Shown here: positions 16,714-24,821 of the stretch, piece by piece
Position numbering within the stretch: position 1 is the first letter of the stretch
Layout: each line of letters starts with the position of its first letter
Source: a virus
Taxonomy: Duplodnaviria > Caudoviricetes
IMG/VR virus record: IMGVR_UViG_3300022719_000055
Location: 1-24,821 of that record
DNA length: 24,821 bases
Direction: 5' to 3' (one strand)
Notes under the pieces: generated by a model
Told to the model about the DNA's origin: nothing
Seen by the model: only the letters and a program-made list of their open reading frames with translations
Database searches by the model: none
Program-made: the position numbers and the translations under genes

Positions 16714-17150
16714 TGAGCATCGGGCAAGATCGTCACCTGTTGACTTCGCCGGTTAATTACCCCAGCCATCTCACATACGCTGCAAAAGACCGGCTCCGCG
16801 CTGAGCGACTAAGAGCTGGCCTCACGCAAAAGCAGCTCTCCGATCTGCTGATTGATGGGATGTTTGAGCAGGTTGACTACGACTCTGATTATAAATCCAC
16901 CTTTCATTACCTAAATGACTCCGACTCACTTGCTCACACTTTTGCCAGCCGCCAACTCGCAATGCTTTCACCGGGAGCTATCAGCAGATATGAACGTGGG
17001 GTAACGCCTTTGCCTTATGGTCTCGGGCGCTTGTTAAGCGCGTGCGGACTAGATGGGGACTGGGTCGCAAAGGGATTCCAGCATAGAGAGCACGGCTCCC
17101 GCACATCCCATCACTGCCCCCAATGCGGTTACGCGCTCAACAAAACATAA
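16713..17150 (+). CDS. XRE-like HTH protein with an insertion in the HTH turn and a C-terminal CPQCG
   Basis: 'RLRAERLRAGLTQKQL' ... 'AISRYERG'. TGATG coupling with ner. Confidence 0.7.
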   Translation: MSIGQDRHLLTSPVNYPSHLTYAAKDRLRAERLRAGLTQKQLSDLLIDGMFEQVDYDSDYKSTFHYLNDSDSLAHTFASRQLAMLSPGAISRYERGVTPLPYGLGRLLSACGLDGDWVAKGFQHREHGSRTSHHCPQCGYALNKT

Positions 17151-17162
17151 AGGAGATAAGGA

Positions 17163-18266
17163 GTGACCAAGGCCATTTCAAAGAAGGCAGGCGAAGTCTC
17201 ACACGTGAGACCCCACCAGGAAAATGCCGAGCGCTCACACGTGAGCGCTCCGAAGGAAAATGCCGAGCGCTCACACGTGAGCCCTGATCTTTCGCAGTTG
17301 CCACAGTTCCAGCTTGCCGCTGATCGCATACGCCAATTCTCACTGGCAGATGGGACACTGGACAAGGCAGCAGAGTTCTACTTGCCGATATCCGGCGGCG
17401 AGCTGCTGCAAGGCCAGGCGCTTGATCAGTGGATCCAGCATGCTGAATCGACCAACTTTATGCTCATGGCTGGCCGTGGCCTGGCCTTCCTCATCAAGAA
17501 GACTGAGCTGCCGAGCAACACTTTTTATGCCTGGCTGCGCGACAACGGCATTCCAAAATCAAGCGCTCATCGATGCATGGCGGTCGCCAATATGTTCGGC
17601 GTGGTGTCGGACGACGTGGCGAAAAAGATCATCACTCTGGAAACGCACAAAGCTTATGCCCTGACCCAGCTCAAGGGTGATGATGAATCCTACGCGGCAC
17701 TAGAAAAGCTGTGCAGCGAAGGCAAGCTGGAAGAAATATCACCGCTCAGCCGGCAGGATTTTCTTGCCATCATCAAACAGCACAAGCAGGCCAAGGCTGA
17801 GCAGAACAGGCAGGACAAAAAGATCGACGCGCTGCAGCAGAGAATCGACGCGCTGCAACCACAGAGTGTTGGCGATGTTCCGGAGAACGTCAGCGCCGCG
17901 CGGATAGAGGTCAGCCAGATCCTGTTTACCGTGCGCGATCTGCTCGAACGACTACACGCCATAGTGCATGAGACTGCACATGGCTCGCACCTGTCGAGCG
18001 ACCCAGTTCTGCGGGCCAGACATCAGGCCCTGATTGTTGGACCGCTTGTCGCCACCATGAGAGCTATCCGCGCCTACTGGACCGAGGTCGCTACCGAGAT
18101 TGACATGTTTGAAGATCTCGGGGACAAGCTCGAAGATGCCGAGTGGTTAAGCCCGGAAGAGAGCCGTGCTGCGCTGGAGCGCGCAGAACATGTGCTCGGC
18201 CTGTACGCCAGAGAATCGCGCTATGGTCTCATGGATAAGCGGCTGTTCTCCGCACGGGGCAAGTGA
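17163..18266 (+). CDS. Early protein preceding the transposase (DUF3102-like N-terminal region plus coiled coil)
   Basis: AGGAG/GGAG RBS. 'GRGLAFLIKKTEL...FYAWL...GIPKSSAHRCMAVA' pattern. Usual position in B3-type phages. Confidence 0.7.
   Translation: MTKAISKKAGEVSHVRPHQENAERSHVSAPKENAERSHVSPDLSQLPQFQLAADRIRQFSLADGTLDKAAEFYLPISGGELLQGQALDQWIQHAESTNFMLMAGRGLAFLIKKTELPSNTFYAWLRDNGIPKSSAHRCMAVANMFGVVSDDVAKKIITLETHKAYALTQLKGDDESYAALEKLCSEGKLEEISPLSRQDFLAIIKQHKQAKAEQNRQDKKIDALQQRIDALQPQSVGDVPENVSAARIEVSQILFTVRDLLERLHAIVHETAHGSHLSSDPVLRARHQALIVGPLVATMRAIRAYWTEVATEIDMFEDLGDKLEDAEWLSPEESRAALERAEHVLGLYARESRYGLMDKRLFSARGK
17196..17282. repeat. Three palindromic CTCAC-AC-GTGAG units at a 36-bp period
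   Basis: Cores at 17198, 17234 and 17270. Exact 29-bp repeat at 17218-17246 and 17254-17282. Confidence 0.9.
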
Positions 18267-18267
18267 A

Positions 18268-19929
18268 ATGGCTGAGCGCGCATTGAGAGTTCTTGACGGT
18301 GGCATGTCAGGTCTTAAGAAGAAAGCCGCTGAGAAATCGCTGCAGGCGCGTACAGAAATTGAGCAGCAGATCACTGCCAGCGCGACAGATAGATTGGAGA
18401 AACGCCAGTTATTGGTGCATAAAATGCAGAGGCTGATGGATGAATCATCTATCAGCGAGGCCGATGCTGCGCGCCTGTTGATCAAGCAATGTGTCGAGAG
18501 GCTGGCCCGAAATAACGTCAGGACAGCCGCCACAGCGCTGGCCAGACGCGGCCGTGTTTGCCCGAGCGTCAACAGCCTGGTGAGCTGGTACCGGCAAGCA
18601 CAGGAAAAGGGCAAGCAAGCACTCAGCGACAAACTGCGTGGCCGTCGCCGCAAAAACTACGGCTGGGAGGCGCGTGCCCTGGAGTTGTACAACAGCCCCA
18701 ACCGTCCGCAGATTGGCACGCTGGTGTGGTGGCTGCAGCAAGAGGGCCACACTAGCGCCAAATACAACCGCGTGTACACCTATATAAGGAGCCTGCCGGC
18801 CGACCTGGGCGAGCATGGTCGGGCGCGTGTCGGCGAGCGCCAGTGGAAGGGCAAGCACACACCCTATGTGGTGCGCGATAAATCCAGCGTGCCGGTGGGC
18901 TTTGTCTACGAGGCCGACGGCCACACCTGCGATGTGTACGTGGCGCACCCGGTTACCGGCGGCGTGTTCCGTGCCGAGCTCACGGTGTGGATTGATGTGG
19001 CCAGCAACTATGTGGTGGGCCATCTGCTCACCGAATCTGAATCGGCGGTGACCACACTGTTGAGCCTGGGCCGCGCGGTGTCGCAGCACGACCACGTGCC
19101 GGCGATGATCCACGTCGACCCCGGCAGCGGCTACCGCGCCAGGATGATCACCGACGATGTCAGCGGGCTGCTGGCGCGGCTGGATATCAAACACAGCGAG
19201 GCGCTGCCGGGCAACTGGCGCGGAAAGGGCCTGACCGAGGGTTTCTTCAAGCATTTCGAGGAGCGCTTTGGCAAGCGCTGGGCCACCTACTGCGGCCACT
19301 GCCGCACCGATGAGGCGCTGAGCCGCCTGCAGGACAAGATCAAACGCGGCGAGATTGAGCTGCCGCAGTGGGATGAGTACTGCAATGCAATGGCCGAATA
19401 CTTCGAGGCCCACAACCAGACCCCGCAGCGCGGCCTGGGCATGCGCGCACCGGCCGATCTGTGGGCCAGGCTGGAGAACGTGCCCAGCCACATCGACCCG
19501 ATGGAACTGATCCGCCCACGTGAGCAGCGGAAAGTCACCTACCAGCGCGTGCAGATGTTCAACCGCAAATATCAGGCGACCGCCGGCGAGCTGGCTGGCT
19601 ATGAGGGCCAGACCGTGTTGGTGGAGTTTGACCAGCACGACATGACCAGCGTGGTGGTGCGTGATCTCAAGGGCCGGTTTATCTGCGACGCGGGCTGCGT
19701 GGACAAGCAGGCATGGCTGAGTGACAGCCACCTGCAGGACCTGCGCCAGAAACGCCAGGCCGGCCAGGCCAGACGCCTGCAGCACAAGCTGGACGAGACC
19801 AGGGCACGCGCGCGGCCGCTCATCGAGCTGGCCGAACAGGACGACCGCGCCGAGCTGATCGACAACCAGACCCCGAAGCTGGAGCACAGCAAGCGCTTCA
19901 GCATAGACCCCCTGAAAACCGACTATTGA
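18268..19929 (+). CDS. Mu-like DDE transposase A (~553 aa)
   Basis: Catalytic motifs YEADGH, HVDPGSGY and KGLTEGFF, plus a Mu-transposase-like C-terminus. ATG 18268 lies right after the upstream stop. Confidence 0.95.
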   Translation: MAERALRVLDGGMSGLKKKAAEKSLQARTEIEQQITASATDRLEKRQLLVHKMQRLMDESSISEADAARLLIKQCVERLARNNVRTAATALARRGRVCPSVNSLVSWYRQAQEKGKQALSDKLRGRRRKNYGWEARALELYNSPNRPQIGTLVWWLQQEGHTSAKYNRVYTYIRSLPADLGEHGRARVGERQWKGKHTPYVVRDKSSVPVGFVYEADGHTCDVYVAHPVTGGVFRAELTVWIDVASNYVVGHLLTESESAVTTLLSLGRAVSQHDHVPAMIHVDPGSGYRARMITDDVSGLLARLDIKHSEALPGNWRGKGLTEGFFKHFEERFGKRWATYCGHCRTDEALSRLQDKIKRGEIELPQWDEYCNAMAEYFEAHNQTPQRGLGMRAPADLWARLENVPSHIDPMELIRPREQRKVTYQRVQMFNRKYQATAGELAGYEGQTVLVEFDQHDMTSVVVRDLKGRFICDAGCVDKQAWLSDSHLQDLRQKRQAGQARRLQHKLDETRARARPLIELAEQDDRAELIDNQTPKLEHSKRFSIDPLKTDY

Positions 19930-19951
19930 CGCAACCGCCAAGGAGTACACA

Positions 19952-20938
19952 GTGAGCAAAGCACAACGAAAATTCCCGGATCACTACACCGATGAGGACA
20001 TCGGTACGATCCACTGGATCAACGAGCAGCTAAACAATCAGAAGCTGTCGATCAATGGCCTGAGCCGTGGCACCAAGCGTGGCGAGAGCACAATCAAAGA
20101 GGTGCTTTCTGGCACCTACAACGCCAGTCCCGGCAACGTGTTGCTGCAGTGCCGCGATTTTCTCAGCGGCGTGAATAACCAGCCCACCCGGCAGCAGCAC
20201 CGCAGCAAACCCACCGCCGAAACCAGCGTGTACAAAATTGTTCGCGCTGCCTGCCGCCGGGCGCAGGTGTATCGCGGCTTCAGCGTGGTGTCGGCGATTG
20301 TCGGCACCGGGAAAACCCACGCGCTGCACGAGTATTGTGAGCGCAACCCCGGCACCGTGCTGGTGCAGGCGATCCCGATGATGAATGTCACCGTGCTGCT
20401 CGATGCCATCGTGCGTGCCACCGGTGCCCTGGTGACCAGCAACAACCGCTTCACTCGCGGCACCAATGCCGACAAGATGACTGCCATTCTGGAGACCCTG
20501 ACTGGCAGCGATCGGCTGCTGATCGTCGACGAGGCCGAGACGCTTTCGCCCAACACGCTGGAGTATATTCGCCGCATGCGCGATCTGGCCAATGTGGGTG
20601 TGGTGCTCTCGGGCACCGAAAAGCTGGAAGTGATTTTGCGCAACAAGCATGGCCGCTTCGGCCAGATCAGCAGCCGCGTGAACTACTGGGCGCGCACCAT
20701 CCGCAGCATCACCCGCAGCGATGTCGAGCTGCTGGCCAGCAGCTACATGGAGGACTGGTCTGACCAGCTCAGTCCCGACGTGCTGGACGCATTGTGGGGC
20801 GCGTGCGATGGCAGCGCCCGCGTGCTGGTCGAGGGGATTATCCCCGGCCTGCACGACTACGTGCTGAGCGAGGGCCAGGACATCACACCGGAGGCGGTGC
20901 ACGCCGTGGCCACCGAGATTCTGGGGTACCAGTCATGA
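19952..20938 (+). CDS. MuB-like AAA+ transposition ATPase
   Basis: Walker A 'IVGTGKT', Walker B 'LLIVDEAE', N-terminal HTH, AAGGAG RBS. Follows the transposase. Confidence 0.93.
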   Translation: MSKAQRKFPDHYTDEDIGTIHWINEQLNNQKLSINGLSRGTKRGESTIKEVLSGTYNASPGNVLLQCRDFLSGVNNQPTRQQHRSKPTAETSVYKIVRAACRRAQVYRGFSVVSAIVGTGKTHALHEYCERNPGTVLVQAIPMMNVTVLLDAIVRATGALVTSNNRFTRGTNADKMTAILETLTGSDRLLIVDEAETLSPNTLEYIRRMRDLANVGVVLSGTEKLEVILRNKHGRFGQISSRVNYWARTIRSITRSDVELLASSYMEDWSDQLSPDVLDALWGACDGSARVLVEGIIPGLHDYVLSEGQDITPEAVHAVATEILGYQS

Positions 20939-21261
20939 GCAACCCCCGGCGCTACCGTGGCCCGTTCAAATGCGCAGGGCAGCAGCCTGCCCCAGCGCGC
21001 AAGCGGCGCGGGCTCAACGGCGGACATCTGATCAACCTGGCGGCCGTCCTGCTGGTGGCTGCCACACTACTGGAGGTACTACCTATGATCAAGACCAGAA
21101 CCCAGGACATGCTGCCTGACGCAGCACGCCTAACCGGCGCTGGCTATCGCGAGCCCATGCGCCACTTCCGCGTTGGCCGCCACACCCGCAAGGACAGCGG
21201 CAGTGACCGGCGCACCTACCGTCACAACAAGCGGGGCGGACGCCCCTGGAGAAACTCATAA
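20935..21261 (+). CDS. Hypothetical basic protein (alternative start at 21085)
   Basis: ATGA overlap with the ATPase stop. Internal GGAGG RBS before ATG 21085. Confidence 0.45.
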   Translation: MSNPRRYRGPFKCAGQQPAPARKRRGLNGGHLINLAAVLLVAATLLEVLPMIKTRTQDMLPDAARLTGAGYREPMRHFRVGRHTRKDSGSDRRTYRHNKRGGRPWRNS

Positions 21262-21485
21262 TGTCTAGCCTGATATTGTTCAGCCTGACCTGCTGCTGGG
21301 CAGCACTCGTTGTCGTCGCCGCCCGCGCGGCGAGCATCCACGGCAGCCACCTTTTCCGCGCGCGCCTGGCCACATTCATCAGCCTGCTGGCGGTGGTGTT
21401 CGGCGGTGCAGTGTTGGCCGCCGAGCACTACGTCAACAGCTTTGCTGCGGGCGTGGCGCGCGCGTCGTATTCGGAGTTCTCCTGA
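21261..21485 (+). CDS. Small membrane protein (two hydrophobic segments)
   Basis: Translationally coupled on both sides. Hydrophobic. Confidence 0.6.
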   Translation: MSSLILFSLTCCWAALVVVAARAASIHGSHLFRARLATFISLLAVVFGGAVLAAEHYVNSFAAGVARASYSEFS

Positions 21486-22156
21486 TGAACAAACAAAACA
21501 TCCTCGCAAAAATCCGCAAATGCATGGCACTCGCCGCCAGCAGCAACGCCAACGAGGCAGCTACCGCGCTGCGCCAAGCGCAGAAGCTTATGGCCAGGTA
21601 CGGCATCACCGACGCCGATGTGCGTCTGGCTGACGTGTCCACCGCACACTGCACCACCGCCGTGCCCAGCGCACCGCCGTGGATGGTCGGCCTGTCCAAG
21701 GTGGTGGCGCGTGCTTTCCGCTGCGAGCACTGGTACACCTATCGTTACAGCCACAGCTCAGAGCACGTCGAGTTCTGCGGTGTTGGGGCAGCGCCCGAGC
21801 TGGCCGCGTACAGCTTCAGCGTATTGCGACGTCACCTAGCCATGCAGCGTTCCCAGTACTACAGGGGCACGCGCGGCAAGCGGAACAACCGCATCAGGAG
21901 GGCTGATGATTTCGCCAAGGCGTGGGTGATCCGCATACACCGCGAAGTCGCCCGCTTTGCCGAGCAGCCGCCGGCGCAGGTGCTGGAGTTCAAAGGCCAG
22001 AAAGGCCTCATAAGAGTGCCGACCAGCAAACGCGGCAACGGCAAATTGGACGGCCGTGCAGCACAGGCTGGATGGGACGCCGCCGCCGGCGTGAGTCTGC
22101 AACACGGCATGCCCGGCAGCGAGCAGGGCCGGATTGGCTCGGGGGTGGGATCATGA
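21485..22156 (+). CDS. DUF2786-family phage protein
   Basis: 'KIRKCMALAASSNANEAATALRQAQKLMARYGI' signature. Confidence 0.88.
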   Translation: MNKQNILAKIRKCMALAASSNANEAATALRQAQKLMARYGITDADVRLADVSTAHCTTAVPSAPPWMVGLSKVVARAFRCEHWYTYRYSHSSEHVEFCGVGAAPELAAYSFSVLRRHLAMQRSQYYRGTRGKRNNRIRRADDFAKAWVIRIHREVARFAEQPPAQVLEFKGQKGLIRVPTSKRGNGKLDGRAAQAGWDAAAGVSLQHGMPGSEQGRIGSGVGS

Positions 22157-22824
22157 GCTTTGACCTATTCGATAAGACTAAAAAAAATGTACGAATCTAC
22201 GGCGGAGATGTGGTCATCATGACACCGCCCGAGGTCGAGTTGCTTGATCGCATTGCTGAGGCTGCCGCACAGGGTGTGAGAACAAACTCTGCACTGCATT
22301 CTTACATAGAGTGGTCAGAACGGCAAACAGCGAGCCGCGTAAAGCAACTGGATGCCAGCATCAATAAGCTTTGCGGAAACCTACAGGCTCTCCATGCCAT
22401 CCGTGATCGGCTGACAGATCTCTGCCATCGCCACAGCCATCACCTGGAGATCTCCGTACGCGATGAGTGGTTCAACGCGATCGATGACCTCAATGAGCTG
22501 CTGGGCGCGCCCTATGAGCAGCCCGATGAGGGCGATGATGAACTCGATGCATTCGACCAGGCATTCGCAGACGCCCAAGCCCAGGACCCAAGCGCAGACA
22601 TCCGACCGCAGCACTACGGTGGCCCTGATGATCCCTATGAGGCGATCAAGGTCATCGAAGCGTGGGGCCTGAATTTCAACCTGGGCAACGTCCTCAAATA
22701 CATCAGCCGGTATCGTGGCAAAGGCGCACCGGTGGAAGATCTGCGCAAGGCCCGCTTTTACCTCGATCGCGAGATCGCTGCGATGGAAGCTCGCCGTGGC
22801 CAGCAGGTTGGGGGTGATTCATGA
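22153..22824 (+). CDS. Protein with a C-terminal DUF3310 (T7 gp1.7/SaV-like) domain (~223 aa)
   Basis: 'PQHY...EAIKVIEAWGLNFNLGNVLKYISRYRGKG..EDLRKARFYL'. ATGA-coupled start at 22153. Confidence 0.85.
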   Translation: MSFDLFDKTKKNVRIYGGDVVIMTPPEVELLDRIAEAAAQGVRTNSALHSYIEWSERQTASRVKQLDASINKLCGNLQALHAIRDRLTDLCHRHSHHLEISVRDEWFNAIDDLNELLGAPYEQPDEGDDELDAFDQAFADAQAQDPSADIRPQHYGGPDDPYEAIKVIEAWGLNFNLGNVLKYISRYRGKGAPVEDLRKARFYLDREIAAMEARRGQQVGGDS

Positions 22825-23030
22825 ACCAGAAAGACACCAATCTCCGACAGGCACTTTTGCGCCTCACTGAGCTACTCACTGAAATAATCCGCAAATATGG
22901 CGTGAGCATTCTGTCGGAGGACGTGATTGCTTATGAGGTCAGACTCGAACAGGTGAAGCAGCTCTTGCGGAGTTCATGCGAGCGCGGCCAGCAGGATGAT
23001 CACGATGACTGCGAAGGCGTGCAGCCATGA
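22821..23030 (+). CDS. Hypothetical protein (69 aa)
   Basis: ATGA overlaps at both ends. Confidence 0.6.
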   Translation: MNQKDTNLRQALLRLTELLTEIIRKYGVSILSEDVIAYEVRLEQVKQLLRSSCERGQQDDHDDCEGVQP

Positions 23031-23254
23031 TTCTCGAATATGAAGATGGCATGACGATAGAGCCGTTCGATCAGGTCGAGGCCAATATCGATGGCCGTTT
23101 AGTCGACGCTATCGTTATCAGAATAATGCCGATGAAACGCTGCGTCAGGGTGCGTTATGAAGACCCTATCCTGGTTAAAAGGGACGGCGATCCGCGCGTG
23201 TTGTCTGCCACGATAAGAGCAGATGACGTTGAACTGATCGCGAGGGATTGCTGA
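23027..23254 (+). CDS. Hypothetical small beta-rich protein (75 aa)
   Basis: ATGA coupling. Fits operon packing. Confidence 0.6.
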   Translation: MILEYEDGMTIEPFDQVEANIDGRLVDAIVIRIMPMKRCVRVRYEDPILVKRDGDPRVLSATIRADDVELIARDC

Positions 23255-23257
23255 GCC

Positions 23258-23719
23258 ATGAAACTAACCTGCCCAAACTGCAACCAGCCGCTGAACCTGG
23301 ACACACTCACCGAGGATGCCAGCGCGCGGCAGCTACTGGCGCTGCTGCCGGAGTTCGGCCCCGCCTCTGGCCTGGTGGTGGCGTATCTGTCGTTTTTTCG
23401 CCCGCGCGTCCAGGCGCTGCGCTGGTGCCGGGCGCTGGCGCTGGCCACGGCGCTGCAGCAACTGCGTGATGACGGCGGCTACAGCGATCGACAGTTGTGG
23501 TGGGCGCTGGATCGCGCCATTGCAGCGCTGGCCGAAAAGCGTCACGCCGAGGGCCAGCAGTGGCAGCCGATGCGGAGCCATCGCTATCTGGAAAAAATAC
23601 TGGCATCGGCCCCGGCCGACAGCGGCCAGGTGCTGCGCACTGCGTCTGGGCAGCAACAGCAACCAAGCTGGCAGCAGCAGGGCGCTGCCAACCTCGACCA
23701 ACTCCGGAGGCTCGAATGA
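23258..23719 (+). CDS. Conserved Mu-like phage hypothetical protein (N-terminal CPxC)
   Basis: 'MKLTCPNC...YLSFFRP...PMRSHRYLEKIL' pattern recurrent in Mu-like early regions. Confidence 0.75.
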   Translation: MKLTCPNCNQPLNLDTLTEDASARQLLALLPEFGPASGLVVAYLSFFRPRVQALRWCRALALATALQQLRDDGGYSDRQLWWALDRAIAALAEKRHAEGQQWQPMRSHRYLEKILASAPADSGQVLRTASGQQQQPSWQQQGAANLDQLRRLE

Positions 23720-24084
23720 TCAACTACACCGCCGTGCCCAAATGGCTGCGCGACGCCGTCACCGACGGCGTGCAGTTGCTGTTTGACCTGCGCCTGCCAT
23801 CCGCGCCGGCACAGGACCGCATCCACCACACCGCCATGAGCCTGGCCTGCACCATCTACCGCTGGCCGTTCGCCTGGTCGCGCGAGAGCGACCTGCCGCG
23901 CATCCGCCAAATGTTCCAGCAGGCAGCCGGGCAGTGCACGCGCTGGCCCACCCCGGCCGAGCTGCGCCAGCACCTGCCGCCACGCCCGCGCCCGCCGGCA
24001 CTGCCCGAACCGCGAGGCGTCAGCGTGGATATGAGCACCGTCGAGGCCGAGATTGAAAAGATATTTGGAGAATCAAGCCAATGA
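23716..24084 (+). CDS. Conserved Mu-like phage hypothetical protein (~122 aa)
   Basis: GGAGG RBS and ATGA overlap. 'LRLPSAPA...RWPTPAEL..HLPPRP'. Confidence 0.72.
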   Translation: MINYTAVPKWLRDAVTDGVQLLFDLRLPSAPAQDRIHHTAMSLACTIYRWPFAWSRESDLPRIRQMFQQAAGQCTRWPTPAELRQHLPPRPRPPALPEPRGVSVDMSTVEAEIEKIFGESSQ

Positions 24085-24479
24085 AACTGAATCGCGATCA
24101 ACTCAAACGCCGCCTGCTGCAGGTGCTGGCCAGCCACACCTGCCGCGACGATTGCATCAGCATGACCCAGCTGGTGCCCGCTGTGCTGGGTGACTATGTC
24201 ATCCCCAACAAGCGCTATGACCAGAGCCGGATCGTGCGCAGCCTGGTGGCGCAGTGCCGCCGCGAGGGTGCGCCGATTTGCATCCGCAGCGGCAAATATG
24301 GTGGGTATTTTTTGGCTACCAATCCAGAGGAACTTGAACACACCGCCAAGTGGTTCCGCAAGCGCGCCATGTCCAGCCTGAAGCAGGAAGCCCTGCTGCG
24401 GGGCATGGCGATATCCGACCTGGTCGAGCAGATCTCGCTCGACCTGACCACCGACAAAGGAGTAAGTGAAAATGCCTGA
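24081..24479 (+). CDS. Putative winged-helix DNA-binding protein (132 aa)
   Basis: 'RIVRSLVAQCRREGAPIC....GGYFLA...EEL' pattern. Coupled start. Confidence 0.7.
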   Translation: MKLNRDQLKRRLLQVLASHTCRDDCISMTQLVPAVLGDYVIPNKRYDQSRIVRSLVAQCRREGAPICIRSGKYGGYFLATNPEELEHTAKWFRKRAMSSLKQEALLRGMAISDLVEQISLDLTTDKGVSENA

Positions 24480-24821
24480 GAAAATCAAAACCACCGTAGC
24501 GGTGAACATCCAGAACCGTGAACAGATGGTCGATGCGATCGGCCAGATCGGCGTCGCGCAACGCGAGCGCGAACGCATCAAGGCCGACATGAACGATGCC
24601 ATCGACAAAATCAAAAAGGACTACGAGCTGCAGGCACACCCGCACGCCAAGACAATCAAGGACCTGAGCAACGCCGTCGCGGGTTTCTGCAACGCCTATC
24701 GGGACGAGCTGACCGGGGGCGAGAAAAAGACCGTGAAGCTGGCCACCGGGGTCATCAACTGGCGCAAACGCCCGGCGCGGGTGAGCGGGCGCGCCCGGCG
24801 GAGGCCCGCCACGACGAGGGC
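24472..24821 (+). CDS. gam: Host-nuclease inhibitor Gam (truncated by window end)
   Basis: Not in the ORF track. AAGGAG RBS, ATG 24472, translating to 'MPEKIKTT...ADMNDAI...FCNAYRDELTGGEKKTVKLATGVINWRKRP'. Confidence 0.9.
   Translation, partial: MPEKIKTTVAVNIQNREQMVDAIGQIGVAQRERERIKADMNDAIDKIKKDYELQAHPHAKTIKDLSNAVAGFCNAYRDELTGGEKKTVKLATGVINWRKRPARVSGRARRRPATTR

Larger units (their letters stand above)
1..24821. mobile_element. Transposable Mu-like (B3/D3112-related) phage or prophage, partial
   Basis: DDE transposase, MuB-like ATPase, Ner-like protein, Gam, Mu gp36/gp37-like proteins, protease-capsid-tail operon. No host genes recognised. Confidence 0.95.

Noticed and set aside
17196-17282. 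Possible mini CRISPR array
   Set aside because: Only 7 nt lie between the 29-bp repeats, the array is in frame within a CDS, and there are no cas genes.
17823-17858. ATCGACGCGCTGCA direct repeat
   Set aside because: Explained by a coiled-coil heptad duplication (IDALQQRIDALQ).
18166-18267. Upstream extensions of the listed ORFs (transposase; also 3349, 1512, 14624, 16273, 21922, 23497)
   Set aside because: They overlap neighbouring genes or promoters. Downstream ATGs have an RBS, translational coupling or better promoter geometry.
18445-19959. 504-aa minus-strand ORF
   Set aside because: Antisense shadow of the transposase in GC-rich DNA, with no motifs.

Overview
The whole window is part of a transposable (Mu/B3/D3112-like) temperate phage or prophage with a non-contractile-type tail module. 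The minus strand (193-14600) carries the late genes: prohead protease/scaffold, cement protein, major capsid, gp35/36/37-like proteins, tail tube, frameshifted tail chaperones, tape measure and two tail-tip proteins. The plus strand (16333-24821) carries the early operon: Ner-like protein, a second HTH protein, a DUF3102-like protein, DDE transposase, MuB-like ATPase, accessory genes and gam (truncated). The repressor sits in the middle, and no terminase, portal or lysis genes are visible. The most notable region is 14.6-15.9 kb. A consensus sigma70 promoter with a palindromic operator drives a very acidic 92-aa orphan followed by an Aca10-like HTH gene, which is a candidate new anti-CRISPR/anti-defence operon. 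Directly after it is a separate promoter-to-terminator unit of about 85 nt with no start codon (candidate sRNA). Other oddities are an XRE-HTH domain inserted in the prohead protease, a ComEA-type HhH domain on the gp35-position protein, a repressor paralog with a split HTH, and three phased palindromes in the gene before the transposase. All family assignments come from motif recognition and synteny; no database search was run.
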